Shown here: positions 36,227 through 43,992 of the stretch, one piece after another
Layout: every line of letters begins with the position of its first letter
Position numbering within the stretch: position 1 is the stretch's first letter
Source: Candidatus Stercoripulliclostridium merdipullorum
Lineage (GTDB): Bacteria > Bacillota > Clostridia > Christensenellales > DTU072
Assembly (NCBI GenBank): GCA_018713745.1
Contig: DVOH01000057.1
Location: 6,544 to 70,543, forward strand
Reading direction: 5' to 3'
Length of the DNA: 64,000 nt
The notes under the pieces: model-generated
Told to the model about the DNA's origin: nothing
Database searches by the model: none
Seen by the model: the letters and a program-made list of their open reading frames with translations, nothing else
Position numbers and translations under genes: made by a program

Positions 36227-36769
36227 ATGCAAGAACTTTCTCTCAACATCCTCGACATTGCTCAAAACTCCGTCAAAGCGGGCGCAACGCTCGTGCGGGT
36301 CGGGGTTACGGTCGAAGCCAACGCGCTGACGATCGAAATCGCCGACAACGGTTGCGGGATGAGCCCCGAGTTTTTGCAGCGCGTCACCGATCCTTTTACG
36401 ACGACGCGCACGACGCGCAAGGTCGGGCTGGGGATTCCGCTTTTTAAGCAGTCTGCAGAGATGACGGGAGGAAGTTTTTCGATTTCGTCCGAGCCCGGCG
36501 TCGGTACCGTCGTACGGGCAACGTTCGTGCTTGACAGCATCGACCGGATGCCGCTCGGCGATCTTGCCGATACCGTTTGCAGCCTTTTGTACGAACAAAT
36601 CGATTTTGTTTGGCATTATGCGGTGGACGGCAGATCGTTCGATTTCGACACGAGAGAGATCAAAGCCGAATTGGGCGGGATTCCCATCGACAGCGTTCAG
36701 GTTGTCGCTTTTCTCAAATCCATGGTAGAAGAAAACATCGAAAGCGTAAACGGAGGTAGAATTATATGA
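36227..36769 (+). CDS. Stand-alone GHKL (HATPase_c) ATPase embedded in the hydrogenase operon
   Basis: N box LNILDIAQNSVKAG, G1 DNGCGM and G2 GLGIPL..., with no DHp/His domain. Same position as the histidine-kinase-like ORF in the Thermoanaerobacter-type hydC-x-hydD-hydB-hydA operon. Confidence 0.7.
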   Translation: MQELSLNILDIAQNSVKAGATLVRVGVTVEANALTIEIADNGCGMSPEFLQRVTDPFTTTRTTRKVGLGIPLFKQSAEMTGGSFSISSEPGVGTVVRATFVLDSIDRMPLGDLADTVCSLLYEQIDFVWHYAVDGRSFDFDTREIKAELGGIPIDSVQVVAFLKSMVEENIESVNGGRII

Positions 36770-37134
36770 AGTCAATCGCCGATATCAAGGCAATCCGCGA
36801 CAAAATGCAATCGCAGGTATTCACCCGCGAAAAAACCGACGACAACATCACCCGTATCGTTGTCGGAATGGCGACTTGCGGCATCGCCGCGGGGGCGCGT
36901 CCCGTCTTTAACGAACTGGTCGAGCAGGTTGCCGCTCGCGGACTCCACAACGTCGTCGTCAGCCGTTCGGGCTGCCTCGGCATGTGCAAATTGGAACCCA
37001 TCGTCGAGGTTTTCGTCCCCGGCGAAGAAAAAGTTACGTACGTCAAAGTAGACGCCGAAAAAGCTAAAAAAATTATCGAAAAACACATTGTCGCCGGGAT
37101 GGTCTGCACCGACTATCTGGTGGGCGAAGAATAG
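36766..37134 (+). CDS. hydD: Small [2Fe-2S] ferredoxin-like hydrogenase subunit
   Basis: 122 aa, with Cys in MATCG and SGCLGMC. ATGA overlap with the preceding gene. Confidence 0.6.
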   Translation: MKSIADIKAIRDKMQSQVFTREKTDDNITRIVVGMATCGIAAGARPVFNELVEQVAARGLHNVVVSRSGCLGMCKLEPIVEVFVPGEEKVTYVKVDAEKAKKIIEKHIVAGMVCTDYLVGEE

Positions 37135-37146
37135 GAGGAGCGCATA

Positions 37147-38931
37147 ATGTTCAGAAGTCACGTTCTTGTCTGCGGCGGTACGGGGTGTCATTCCAACCAC
37201 AGCGACGAAATTTTTCAGCAATTCAACGCTCTGCTCAAAGCCCACGGGTTGGAGCAAGAGGTCATGGTCGTCAAAACGGGTTGCTTCGGTCTTTGCGCCG
37301 TCGGTCCCGTCGTTATCGTTTATCCCGAAGGTTCGTTCTACAGCGAAGTCAAGGCGAGCGACGTCGAAGAGATTGTCAAAGAACATCTGATCAAAGGTCG
37401 CGTCGTCAAACGGTTGCTTTATGTCGATCACAAGACGCAGGAAATGACCAAAGCCTTGACCGAAACCAACTTTTACAAAAAGCAAACCCGTGTTGCTTTG
37501 CGGAATTGCGGCGTCATCAATCCCGAAGTCATTGACGAATATATCGCGTTCGACGGGTATCAGGCATTGATCAAATGCTTGACCGAAATGGAACCGCAAG
37601 ACGTCATCGACGTCCTCAAAGCCAGCGGTCTGCGCGGTCGCGGCGGCGGCGGATTCCCCACCGGACTCAAATGGCAGTTTGCCAAGAATGCCGCAGGCGA
37701 CGTCAAATACGTCTGCTGTAACGCCGACGAAGGCGACCCCGGCGCATTTATGGACCGTTCGGTTCTCGAAGGCGACCCCCATGCCGTTCTCGAAGCAATG
37801 GCAATCGGCGGCTACGCAATCGGCGCTCATCAAGGTTACATCTATATCCGCGCCGAATATCCCATCGCGGTCGAACGTTGCCGCATTGCCATCAAGCAGG
37901 CGCGCGAGTACGGACTGCTCGGCAAAAACATTCTCGGTACGGGCTTCGATTTCGACATCGATATCCGCCTCGGCAGCGGCGCGTTTGTCTGCGGCGAAGA
38001 AACCGCTCTGATGACCTCCATCGAAGGAAAACGCGGCGAACCCCGTCCCCGTCCTCCTTTCCCCGCCAACAGCGGTCTGTTCCGTAAGCCCACCGTGCTG
38101 AACAACGTCGAAACGTACGCCAATATCCCCCAGATTATTCTGAAAGGCGCCGATTGGTTTGCTTCGATGGGGACCGAAAAGTCCAAAGGCACCAAAGTTT
38201 TTGCTCTGGGCGGCAAAATCGTCAACACCGGTCTGGTCGAAATTCCGATGGGTACGACGCTCCGTACCGTTGTCGAAGACATCGGCGGCGGCATCCCCAA
38301 CGGCAAAAAATTCAAAGCGGCGCAGACGGGCGGTCCTTCGGGCGGCTGCATTCCTGCCGAGCACTTCGACATTCCCATCGATTACGACAACCTGATTTCC
38401 ATCGGTTCGATGATGGGTTCGGGCGGCTTGATCGTCATGGACGAAGACAACTGTATGGTCGACATCGCCAAGTTCTTCCTTGAATTTACCCAGGACGAGT
38501 CTTGCGGCAAATGTACGCCCTGCCGTATCGGTACCAAACGCCTGCTCGAATATCTTGACAAGATCACCAAAGGCAACGCGACCCTCCAGGATCTCGACGA
38601 TATGGAAGCGCTTTGCTATTATATCAAAGACAACGCGCTTTGCGGTCTGGGACAGACTGCGCCCAACCCCGTGCTTTCGACGCTGCGTTACTTCCGCGAC
38701 GAATACGTTGCGCACATCGTCGACAAAAAATGTCCGGCAGGGGTCTGTAAGGCGTTGCTCCACTACAGCATTACCGACGCCTGTAAAGGTTGTACGCTCT
38801 GCGCCCGCAAATGTCCCGTCGGCGCAATCAGCGGTACGGTGCGCGAGAAGCACGTCATCGACAACAGCAAATGTATTAAGTGCGGCGTTTGTATGGACAA
38901 CTGTAAGTTCAACGCCATCGTAAGAAAATAA
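37147..38931 (+). CDS. hydB: NuoF-like NADH/FMN-binding subunit of [FeFe] hydrogenase
   Basis: N-terminal [2Fe-2S] thioredoxin-like part, GRGGGGFPTGLKW, the SLBB/4Fe-4S motif ESCGKCTPCR and two C-terminal ferredoxin motifs. Confidence 0.9.
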   Translation: MFRSHVLVCGGTGCHSNHSDEIFQQFNALLKAHGLEQEVMVVKTGCFGLCAVGPVVIVYPEGSFYSEVKASDVEEIVKEHLIKGRVVKRLLYVDHKTQEMTKALTETNFYKKQTRVALRNCGVINPEVIDEYIAFDGYQALIKCLTEMEPQDVIDVLKASGLRGRGGGGFPTGLKWQFAKNAAGDVKYVCCNADEGDPGAFMDRSVLEGDPHAVLEAMAIGGYAIGAHQGYIYIRAEYPIAVERCRIAIKQAREYGLLGKNILGTGFDFDIDIRLGSGAFVCGEETALMTSIEGKRGEPRPRPPFPANSGLFRKPTVLNNVETYANIPQIILKGADWFASMGTEKSKGTKVFALGGKIVNTGLVEIPMGTTLRTVVEDIGGGIPNGKKFKAAQTGGPSGGCIPAEHFDIPIDYDNLISIGSMMGSGGLIVMDEDNCMVDIAKFFLEFTQDESCGKCTPCRIGTKRLLEYLDKITKGNATLQDLDDMEALCYYIKDNALCGLGQTAPNPVLSTLRYFRDEYVAHIVDKKCPAGVCKALLHYSITDACKGCTLCARKCPVGAISGTVREKHVIDNSKCIKCGVCMDNCKFNAIVRK

Positions 38932-38945
38932 GGAGGAACCGTAAG

Positions 38946-40691
38946 ATGGAACAAAAAATGATCAATCTCAAAATCAACGGGATCGCCGTAACGGTTCCCG
39001 AAGGCACGACGATTCTCGATGCCGCCCGCAGCGTTAACATCAAAATTCCGACGCTGTGCTATCTGCGCGACATCAACGCGATCGGCGCCTGCCGTGTCTG
39101 CGTCGTCGAAGTCAAAGGCGCGCGCAGCTTGGTGGCGTCCTGCGTCTATCCCGTCAGCGAAGGGATGGAGGTGACGACCAACAGTAAACGCGTACTGGAC
39201 AGCCGCCGCACGACGGTCGAGCTGATTCTGTCCGATCACGACAAAAACTGTCTGTCCTGTGTCCGCAATCAAAACTGCGAACTGCAAACGCTTTCCAACG
39301 AACTCGGCTGCAATGCCCAGAAGTTCAAAGGCGCGGTCAACGAATTCGATCTCGATCTCAGCACGCCGTATCTGATCCGTGACAACAACAAGTGCGTCTT
39401 GTGCCGCCGTTGCGTGGCAGCATGCGCTCAATATCAAGGGATTGCCGTCATCGGTCCCAATGCCCGCGGATTCAAAACGCACATCGGTTGCGCGTTTGAA
39501 AAAGACCTGATGGAGACGCCTTGCGTCGGTTGCGGTCAATGTATCACCGTATGCCCGACGGGCGCCCTCCGCGAACGGGAAGAAATCGACGACGTCATCG
39601 CCGCCCTTGCCGACAAATCCAAACATGTCATCGCCGCGACCGCACCTTCCGTGCGCGTCGGGCTGGGGGAAGAATTCGGAATGCCCATGGGTACCAACGT
39701 CGAAGGCAAGATGGTCACCGCGCTTCGTATGATGGGCTTTGACGACGTCTTTGACGTAGACTTTACGGCAGACCTCACGATCATGGAAGAAGGATACGAG
39801 TTTGTCAACCGTCTCAACAACGGCGGCGTTCTGCCGATGATGACCAGCTGTTCGCCGGCATGGATCAAGTTTGTCGAACATAACTATCCCGAAATGATCC
39901 CCAATCTTTCGAGCTGCAAGTCGCCGCAACAAATGTTCGGCGCCATTGCCAAAACGTATTATGCCGAAAAGAAAGGGATCGACCCCAAGAATATCGTCGT
40001 CGTTTCGATTATGCCCTGTACCGCCAAAAAGTTCGAAAAAGGCCGTTCCTTCCAAAGCGCGGCGGGCGTACCCGACATCGACATCGCATTGACGACCAGA
40101 GAGCTTGCCCGTATGATCAAGCGGCAAGGCATTGCGTTCAGCGAGCTGGAAGACAGCGCGTTTGACGCCCCCCTCGGGATCGGCAGCGGCGCAGGTCTGA
40201 TTTTCGGTGCGACGGGCGGCGTTATGGAAGCGGCGCTCCGTACGTTGGCGGACGTCCTGGAAGGCAAATCCCTCGATAAGATCGATTATACCGCCGTACG
40301 CGGCACCGAAGGGATCAAAGAAGCGTCTGTCACGCTCGCCGGCAAAACCGTCAAAGTTGCGGTTGCAAGCGGACTTGCCAATGCGCGCAAGCTGATGGAA
40401 AAGATCAATAAAGGGGAAGCCGATTATCACTTCATCGAGATCATGAGCTGTCCGGGCGGTTGCGTCAACGGCGGCGGTCAGCCCATCAAAGACGCTTATA
40501 CGCGCAACAATTACGATATCAAAGCGATCCGCGCCAAAGCGATCTACGATACCGACAAAGCGATGGGACTGCGCAAGTCGCACGATAACCCCGTCATCAA
40601 AGAGCTTTACGAAACCTATCTCGGAGCTCCCAACAGCCACAAAGCGCACGAAATTTTGCATACAAAATACGAAAAGCGCAACAATTACTAA
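38946..40691 (+). CDS. hydA: [FeFe] hydrogenase catalytic subunit
   Basis: N-terminal 2Fe-2S plus His-ligated and 2x[4Fe-4S] domains. H-cluster motifs are TSCSPAW (L1 variant), MPCTAKKFE (L2) and EIMSCPGGCVNGGGQP (L3). Confidence 0.9.
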   Translation: MEQKMINLKINGIAVTVPEGTTILDAARSVNIKIPTLCYLRDINAIGACRVCVVEVKGARSLVASCVYPVSEGMEVTTNSKRVLDSRRTTVELILSDHDKNCLSCVRNQNCELQTLSNELGCNAQKFKGAVNEFDLDLSTPYLIRDNNKCVLCRRCVAACAQYQGIAVIGPNARGFKTHIGCAFEKDLMETPCVGCGQCITVCPTGALREREEIDDVIAALADKSKHVIAATAPSVRVGLGEEFGMPMGTNVEGKMVTALRMMGFDDVFDVDFTADLTIMEEGYEFVNRLNNGGVLPMMTSCSPAWIKFVEHNYPEMIPNLSSCKSPQQMFGAIAKTYYAEKKGIDPKNIVVVSIMPCTAKKFEKGRSFQSAAGVPDIDIALTTRELARMIKRQGIAFSELEDSAFDAPLGIGSGAGLIFGATGGVMEAALRTLADVLEGKSLDKIDYTAVRGTEGIKEASVTLAGKTVKVAVASGLANARKLMEKINKGEADYHFIEIMSCPGGCVNGGGQPIKDAYTRNNYDIKAIRAKAIYDTDKAMGLRKSHDNPVIKELYETYLGAPNSHKAHEILHTKYEKRNNY

Positions 40692-40697
40692 TCAAGC

Positions 40698-40736
40698 GGC
40701 AAGGCTCCCGACGTCAAAAGCGCCGGGAGCCTTGCC
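40698..40736 (+). other. Perfect 13-bp GC-rich stem-loop without U-tract
   Basis: GGCAAGGCTCCCG (40698-40710), 13-nt loop, CGGGAGCCTTGCC (40724-40736). Lies between the hydA stop and the next start codon. Confidence 0.6.
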
Positions 40737-40748
40737 AATCGGAAACTT

Positions 40749-41783
40749 ATGGCAAATAACAGACACAGACACAAAAAAAGATTTTCGCCGGCAGACACAT
40801 ACGTTCCGCCGTATGACGCGATGCTTCTTGCCGAGTCGGTCGATACGTTGACCCTGACGGATGAGGTGCGCGAAAAACTCCGCAAGGGCAATATCAACAC
40901 GTTGTTGGACATCGCGAAGCGGGAGACAAAAGACTTTTACCGTATCCCGACGTTCAACAAAAAAAATCTGTTTGAGCTCAAAAAAGCGGCGGAAGCAAAA
41001 GGCATCGGACTTAAACCCGATACGCCCCGTCCCGAGCCCAACGTACAGCCGCAAGCCGACGCCGAGAACGCCCGGCAGAAAGAAGCATCGGCAAAGCAGG
41101 AGCGTTCGGACAAAAAACTTGAAAAAGGGGATCGGAAAAAGGACAACAGGAATCCCGAAGTCCGCAAAGACGGTAGGGCAAGCGATCGCAATTCCGAGTC
41201 CCGCAAGGAGACTGCCAAGTCGTCCGACCGCAGTGTAGACGAACGCAGACATCAAAAAGAAAAAGACCGCTCCAGAGAGCGTGTAGATATCCGCAACAAA
41301 AAAGGCAACCGCGAAGAGCCGCTCAGCGAACAGAAGATGAAAGAAGAGCGGCGCAAAAAGCGTCCGGTCCGCGTTGCGCCCCCGCCCATACACGATATTT
41401 ATATTAAGATCAATAAGAACGGAAAGTGGGGGTTTGCCGATCGTAGCGGCAAAGAAGTGATTGCCCCGATTTATGACGAAGTATTTATGTTCAAAGAGGA
41501 CGTCTGCTGCTTCGAACGCGACGAACTGTTCGGCTATATCGACCGTCAGGGCAACGAAATCATAGCACCCGTTTATGAGTGTGCGGCAAGTTTCAGCGAA
41601 GGCTATGCCTGCGTCTTTAAAGGCGGCGTCTGCGGCTATATCGACAAAGAGGGCAATGCCGTGATCGATTTTCAGTACGACGCGGGTACGCCCGTGATCG
41701 ACGGGAACTGCCGCGTCAAAAAGAACGGAAAGTGGGGAGAGCTGTATATCGACCGCCCCAACGAAGTACGGTGGATCATCTGA
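40749..41783 (+). CDS. RpoA-CTD-like helix-hairpin-helix + basic disordered region + WG-repeat protein
   Basis: The N-terminus LTLTDEVREKLRKGNINTLLDIAKRETKDFYRIPTFNKKNLFELKKAAEAKGI matches the alpha-CTD HhH pattern. A ~120-aa K/R/E/D-rich stretch follows. The C-terminus has repeated KNGKWGF.D..G. and GYID..G modules (WG repeats). Confidence 0.65.
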   Translation: MANNRHRHKKRFSPADTYVPPYDAMLLAESVDTLTLTDEVREKLRKGNINTLLDIAKRETKDFYRIPTFNKKNLFELKKAAEAKGIGLKPDTPRPEPNVQPQADAENARQKEASAKQERSDKKLEKGDRKKDNRNPEVRKDGRASDRNSESRKETAKSSDRSVDERRHQKEKDRSRERVDIRNKKGNREEPLSEQKMKEERRKKRPVRVAPPPIHDIYIKINKNGKWGFADRSGKEVIAPIYDEVFMFKEDVCCFERDELFGYIDRQGNEIIAPVYECAASFSEGYACVFKGGVCGYIDKEGNAVIDFQYDAGTPVIDGNCRVKKNGKWGELYIDRPNEVRWII

Positions 41784-42436
41784 TGAAAAAAACGGTTCTT
41801 GCGGTATGGATCACGGTGCTGGTTGCCGCCTTCCTCACGGGGGCGGGCGTTTCGGCATACGCGGCGACGGACGATATGCCCGTTGTCGCCCGTGTGATGC
41901 ATCCCGATACGCCCCTTTACGACGAAGCGGGGGAACTGATTTGTCGTTTGGACGCCAATGTCGCGGTCGAGATCCGAGAAGAACGCGAGTACGATTATGT
42001 TGTCGTTTACAACGGACAAACAGGCATTTTGCCCAAAACCGCCGTTTATTTTACCCGTGACCCTCTGACGTATCCGGTCGAACTGGTTCATGTCAAAAGC
42101 GAGCGTGTGGGCGTTAAAGTCAAAGTATATGCCACGCCGTCCGCCGACAGCCCCGTTGTGAAGGAACTGACGGACGGGACCGCCGTGCGTGTTGCGCCTT
42201 GCGGCGTTCAGGGATACTTGCGGGTGTTCTACGGCAACGAAGCAGGGTATGTCAGAGCCGAGGACGTGACCGAAGGGTTAAGCCGCAACCAGGCAACGGC
42301 ACTGAGTATCGGGCTGATCGCCGTTGCCGCGACCGTTATCATTGCCTTGCTTGCCTACCGCAACAAAAACCGCATTTCCCGTCCCGGAACAAAAAGGCGC
42401 GACGTCGGAATCGAACACGGCGACGACGGGATTTAA
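41783..42436 (+). CDS. Signal-peptide protein with SH3b-like domains and C-terminal membrane anchor
   Basis: Start at MKKTVLAV (TGATG overlap with the previous gene). Has signal peptide ..GVSAYA, two SH3b-like segments and a C-terminal TM plus basic tail. Confidence 0.5.
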   Translation: MKKTVLAVWITVLVAAFLTGAGVSAYAATDDMPVVARVMHPDTPLYDEAGELICRLDANVAVEIREEREYDYVVVYNGQTGILPKTAVYFTRDPLTYPVELVHVKSERVGVKVKVYATPSADSPVVKELTDGTAVRVAPCGVQGYLRVFYGNEAGYVRAEDVTEGLSRNQATALSIGLIAVAATVIIALLAYRNKNRISRPGTKRRDVGIEHGDDGI

Positions 42437-42476
42437 TCAAAAGCATCCCGACCATCCGATTGCAAAGATCGCAAAG

Positions 42477-42505
42477 AAAAACCGCTTCGTTTGAAGCGGT
42501 TTTTT
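42477..42505. terminator. Bidirectional intrinsic terminator
   Basis: 9-bp stem AACCGCTTC / GAAGCGGTT flanked by an A-run and TTTTTT. Serves the + strand gene and the convergent tRNA. Confidence 0.7.
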
Positions 42506-42582
42506 TGGTCTGGGTGAGAAGATTTGAACTTCCGGCCTCTTGAACCCCATTCAAGCGCGCTACCAAGCTGCGCCACACCCAG
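42506..42582 (-). tRNA. tRNA-Pro (anticodon GGG), CCA encoded
   Basis: Hand-folded cloverleaf from CTGGGTGTGGCGCAGCTTGGTAGCGCGCTTGAATGGGGTTCAAGAGGCCGGAAGTTCAAATCTTCTCACCCAGACCA. It has a 7-bp acceptor, GCGC D-stem, CTTGA/TCAAG anticodon stem, loop AUGGGGU and a TTCAAAT T-loop. Confidence 0.9.
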
Positions 42583-42613
42583 TTAAGCGGAAATCAAACG
42601 ATTTCCGTTGTTT

Positions 42614-42883
42614 TTATGCTTTTTGCAGATCGGAGAGAAGTTTGCTAAGACGCGCGACTTTGCGGCTGGCGGTGTTGTCTTTGTAGATTCCGTCGGCAGC
42701 GGCTTTGTCGATGATCGAAACCGTTTCGGGAAGCAAGGTTTTTGCCAGTTCGACGTTGTTTTCGGCGATGGCGGCTTCGTACTTTTTAACAGCGTTTTTG
42801 ACGCGGGTGCGCTTGCTGTTGTTGGAAGCGTTTTCCTCACGGGTGATCAAAACTCTCTTTTTTTGCGACTTGATATTTGCCAT
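42614..42883 (-). CDS. rpsT: 30S ribosomal protein S20
   Basis: MANIKSQKKRV....R....N....S..+....K; 89 aa. Confidence 0.95.
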   Translation of the reverse strand: MANIKSQKKRVLITREENASNNSKRTRVKNAVKKYEAAIAENNVELAKTLLPETVSIIDKAAADGIYKDNTASRKVARLSKLLSDLQKA

Positions 42884-43003
42884 ATTTTTCTCCTGCTTGA
42901 GATTGTTCTATTTCGGATGCCCTAATATTCTATCACATCAAAAATAAGATTGCAATGATTTTTCGGTAATAATTTTATTTTTAATACCGATAATCTTTTG
43001 GGT

Positions 43004-43828
43004 ATGGCAAGAGAGTTCGATACGGTTTTTTTGGAGAGCGGTACGCTCGAAAATACAGAGGAGCACGAGCGCGTTCGCAAGCATCTTCTCGGTGCGCTGA
43101 CGGCGACCGAACGGAAGGGATCGGCGCGTAAACTTGCGCTCGAATTGCACCGTAACCCCGTTTTTGACGGCGAATACGCCCGCAAGGTCGAAGGGGTGCT
43201 GACGCGCTATTTGGTATCGTTTTGTCGCGGTGCGGGGTTTCGGGAAGGCTTGATTCTTGCCGTCGGCATCGGCAACGAAGGATTGACGGCTGACGCACTC
43301 GGGCCTCAGACGGTCAAGCGGCTGACGGTGACCGAGCATCTTGTTCGCAGCGGCGTCGAGGACCCTGCAGAAGGGCGTCTTGCCGCGATCGAAAGCAATG
43401 TCAGCGGGGTGACGGGCATTGCTTCTTTCGATATCGTCAAAGGCGTTTGCGAGCGGGTTCGTCCCGCCCTGATCATAGCGATCGACACCTTGGCAAGCAG
43501 AAAACGCGAGCGACTTGCGCGCATGATTCAGATGTCGGACGGAGGGATTGTGCCGGGCGGCGGGGTCGGGAATGCCAAAACCGCGTTCGATCGCGCCCAT
43601 CTCGGCGTACCGGTGATCGCAATCGGCGTACCCCTTGTCATATACGCAAGGCATCTTGCCGCCGAATATGCGGCCGCCGCGGCAACGCCGCCGAAGGGGG
43701 AGGAGGACGATCTGGTGGTAACCCTCAAAGAGATCGATCTCGGCGTCAAGACCTATGCCGCCATCATCGCGGGCGCCGTCAACGGTGCCGTCCGAAGGCT
43801 TGCCTCCCATCCCTTTTCGGACGCGTAA
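43004..43828 (+). CDS. gpr: Germination (spore) protease GPR
   Basis: LILAVGIGNEGLTADALGP and IIAIDTLASR...IQMSDGGIVPGGGVGN are characteristic of GPR endopeptidase. It lies next to rpsT, as in Bacillus. An alternative TTG start is at 42998. Confidence 0.8.
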   Translation: MAREFDTVFLESGTLENTEEHERVRKHLLGALTATERKGSARKLALELHRNPVFDGEYARKVEGVLTRYLVSFCRGAGFREGLILAVGIGNEGLTADALGPQTVKRLTVTEHLVRSGVEDPAEGRLAAIESNVSGVTGIASFDIVKGVCERVRPALIIAIDTLASRKRERLARMIQMSDGGIVPGGGVGNAKTAFDRAHLGVPVIAIGVPLVIYARHLAAEYAAAAATPPKGEEDDLVVTLKEIDLGVKTYAAIIAGAVNGAVRRLASHPFSDA

Positions 43829-43890
43829 ACGCCGTCAAAGCCTTGCCTCCCGGCCGTTTTCGGACGCGTAAACGCCGTCGAAGCCTTGCC
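43795..43890 (+). repeat. Tandem direct repeat (42-43 nt unit, about 2.2 copies) spanning the gpr stop codon
   Basis: Unit 1 (43795-43836) and unit 2 (43837-43879) share ..GCCTTGCCTCCC..TTTTCGGACGCGTAAACGCCGTC. A partial third copy GAAGCCTTGCC follows. Confidence 0.8.
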
Positions 43891-43992
43891 GAAAGGAAGA
43901 ATTTGGTAAAAATTAAAAATTGAGTATTGAAAATTCCGTTTGACTATAGTATCATATGAGTATTGCATACTTTTTAAGGAGATCAGTACTCT

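Noticed and set aside
36772-40661. Very long minus-strand ORFs (36772..38853 at 693 aa, and 38763..40661 at 632 aa) antisense to hydD/hydB/hydA
   Set aside because: The plus-strand frames carry unmistakable NuoF and [FeFe]-hydrogenase motifs. The antisense translations are low-complexity (R/G/A/D/F-rich) with no motifs. Stop-poor antisense frames are expected in GC-rich coding DNA.
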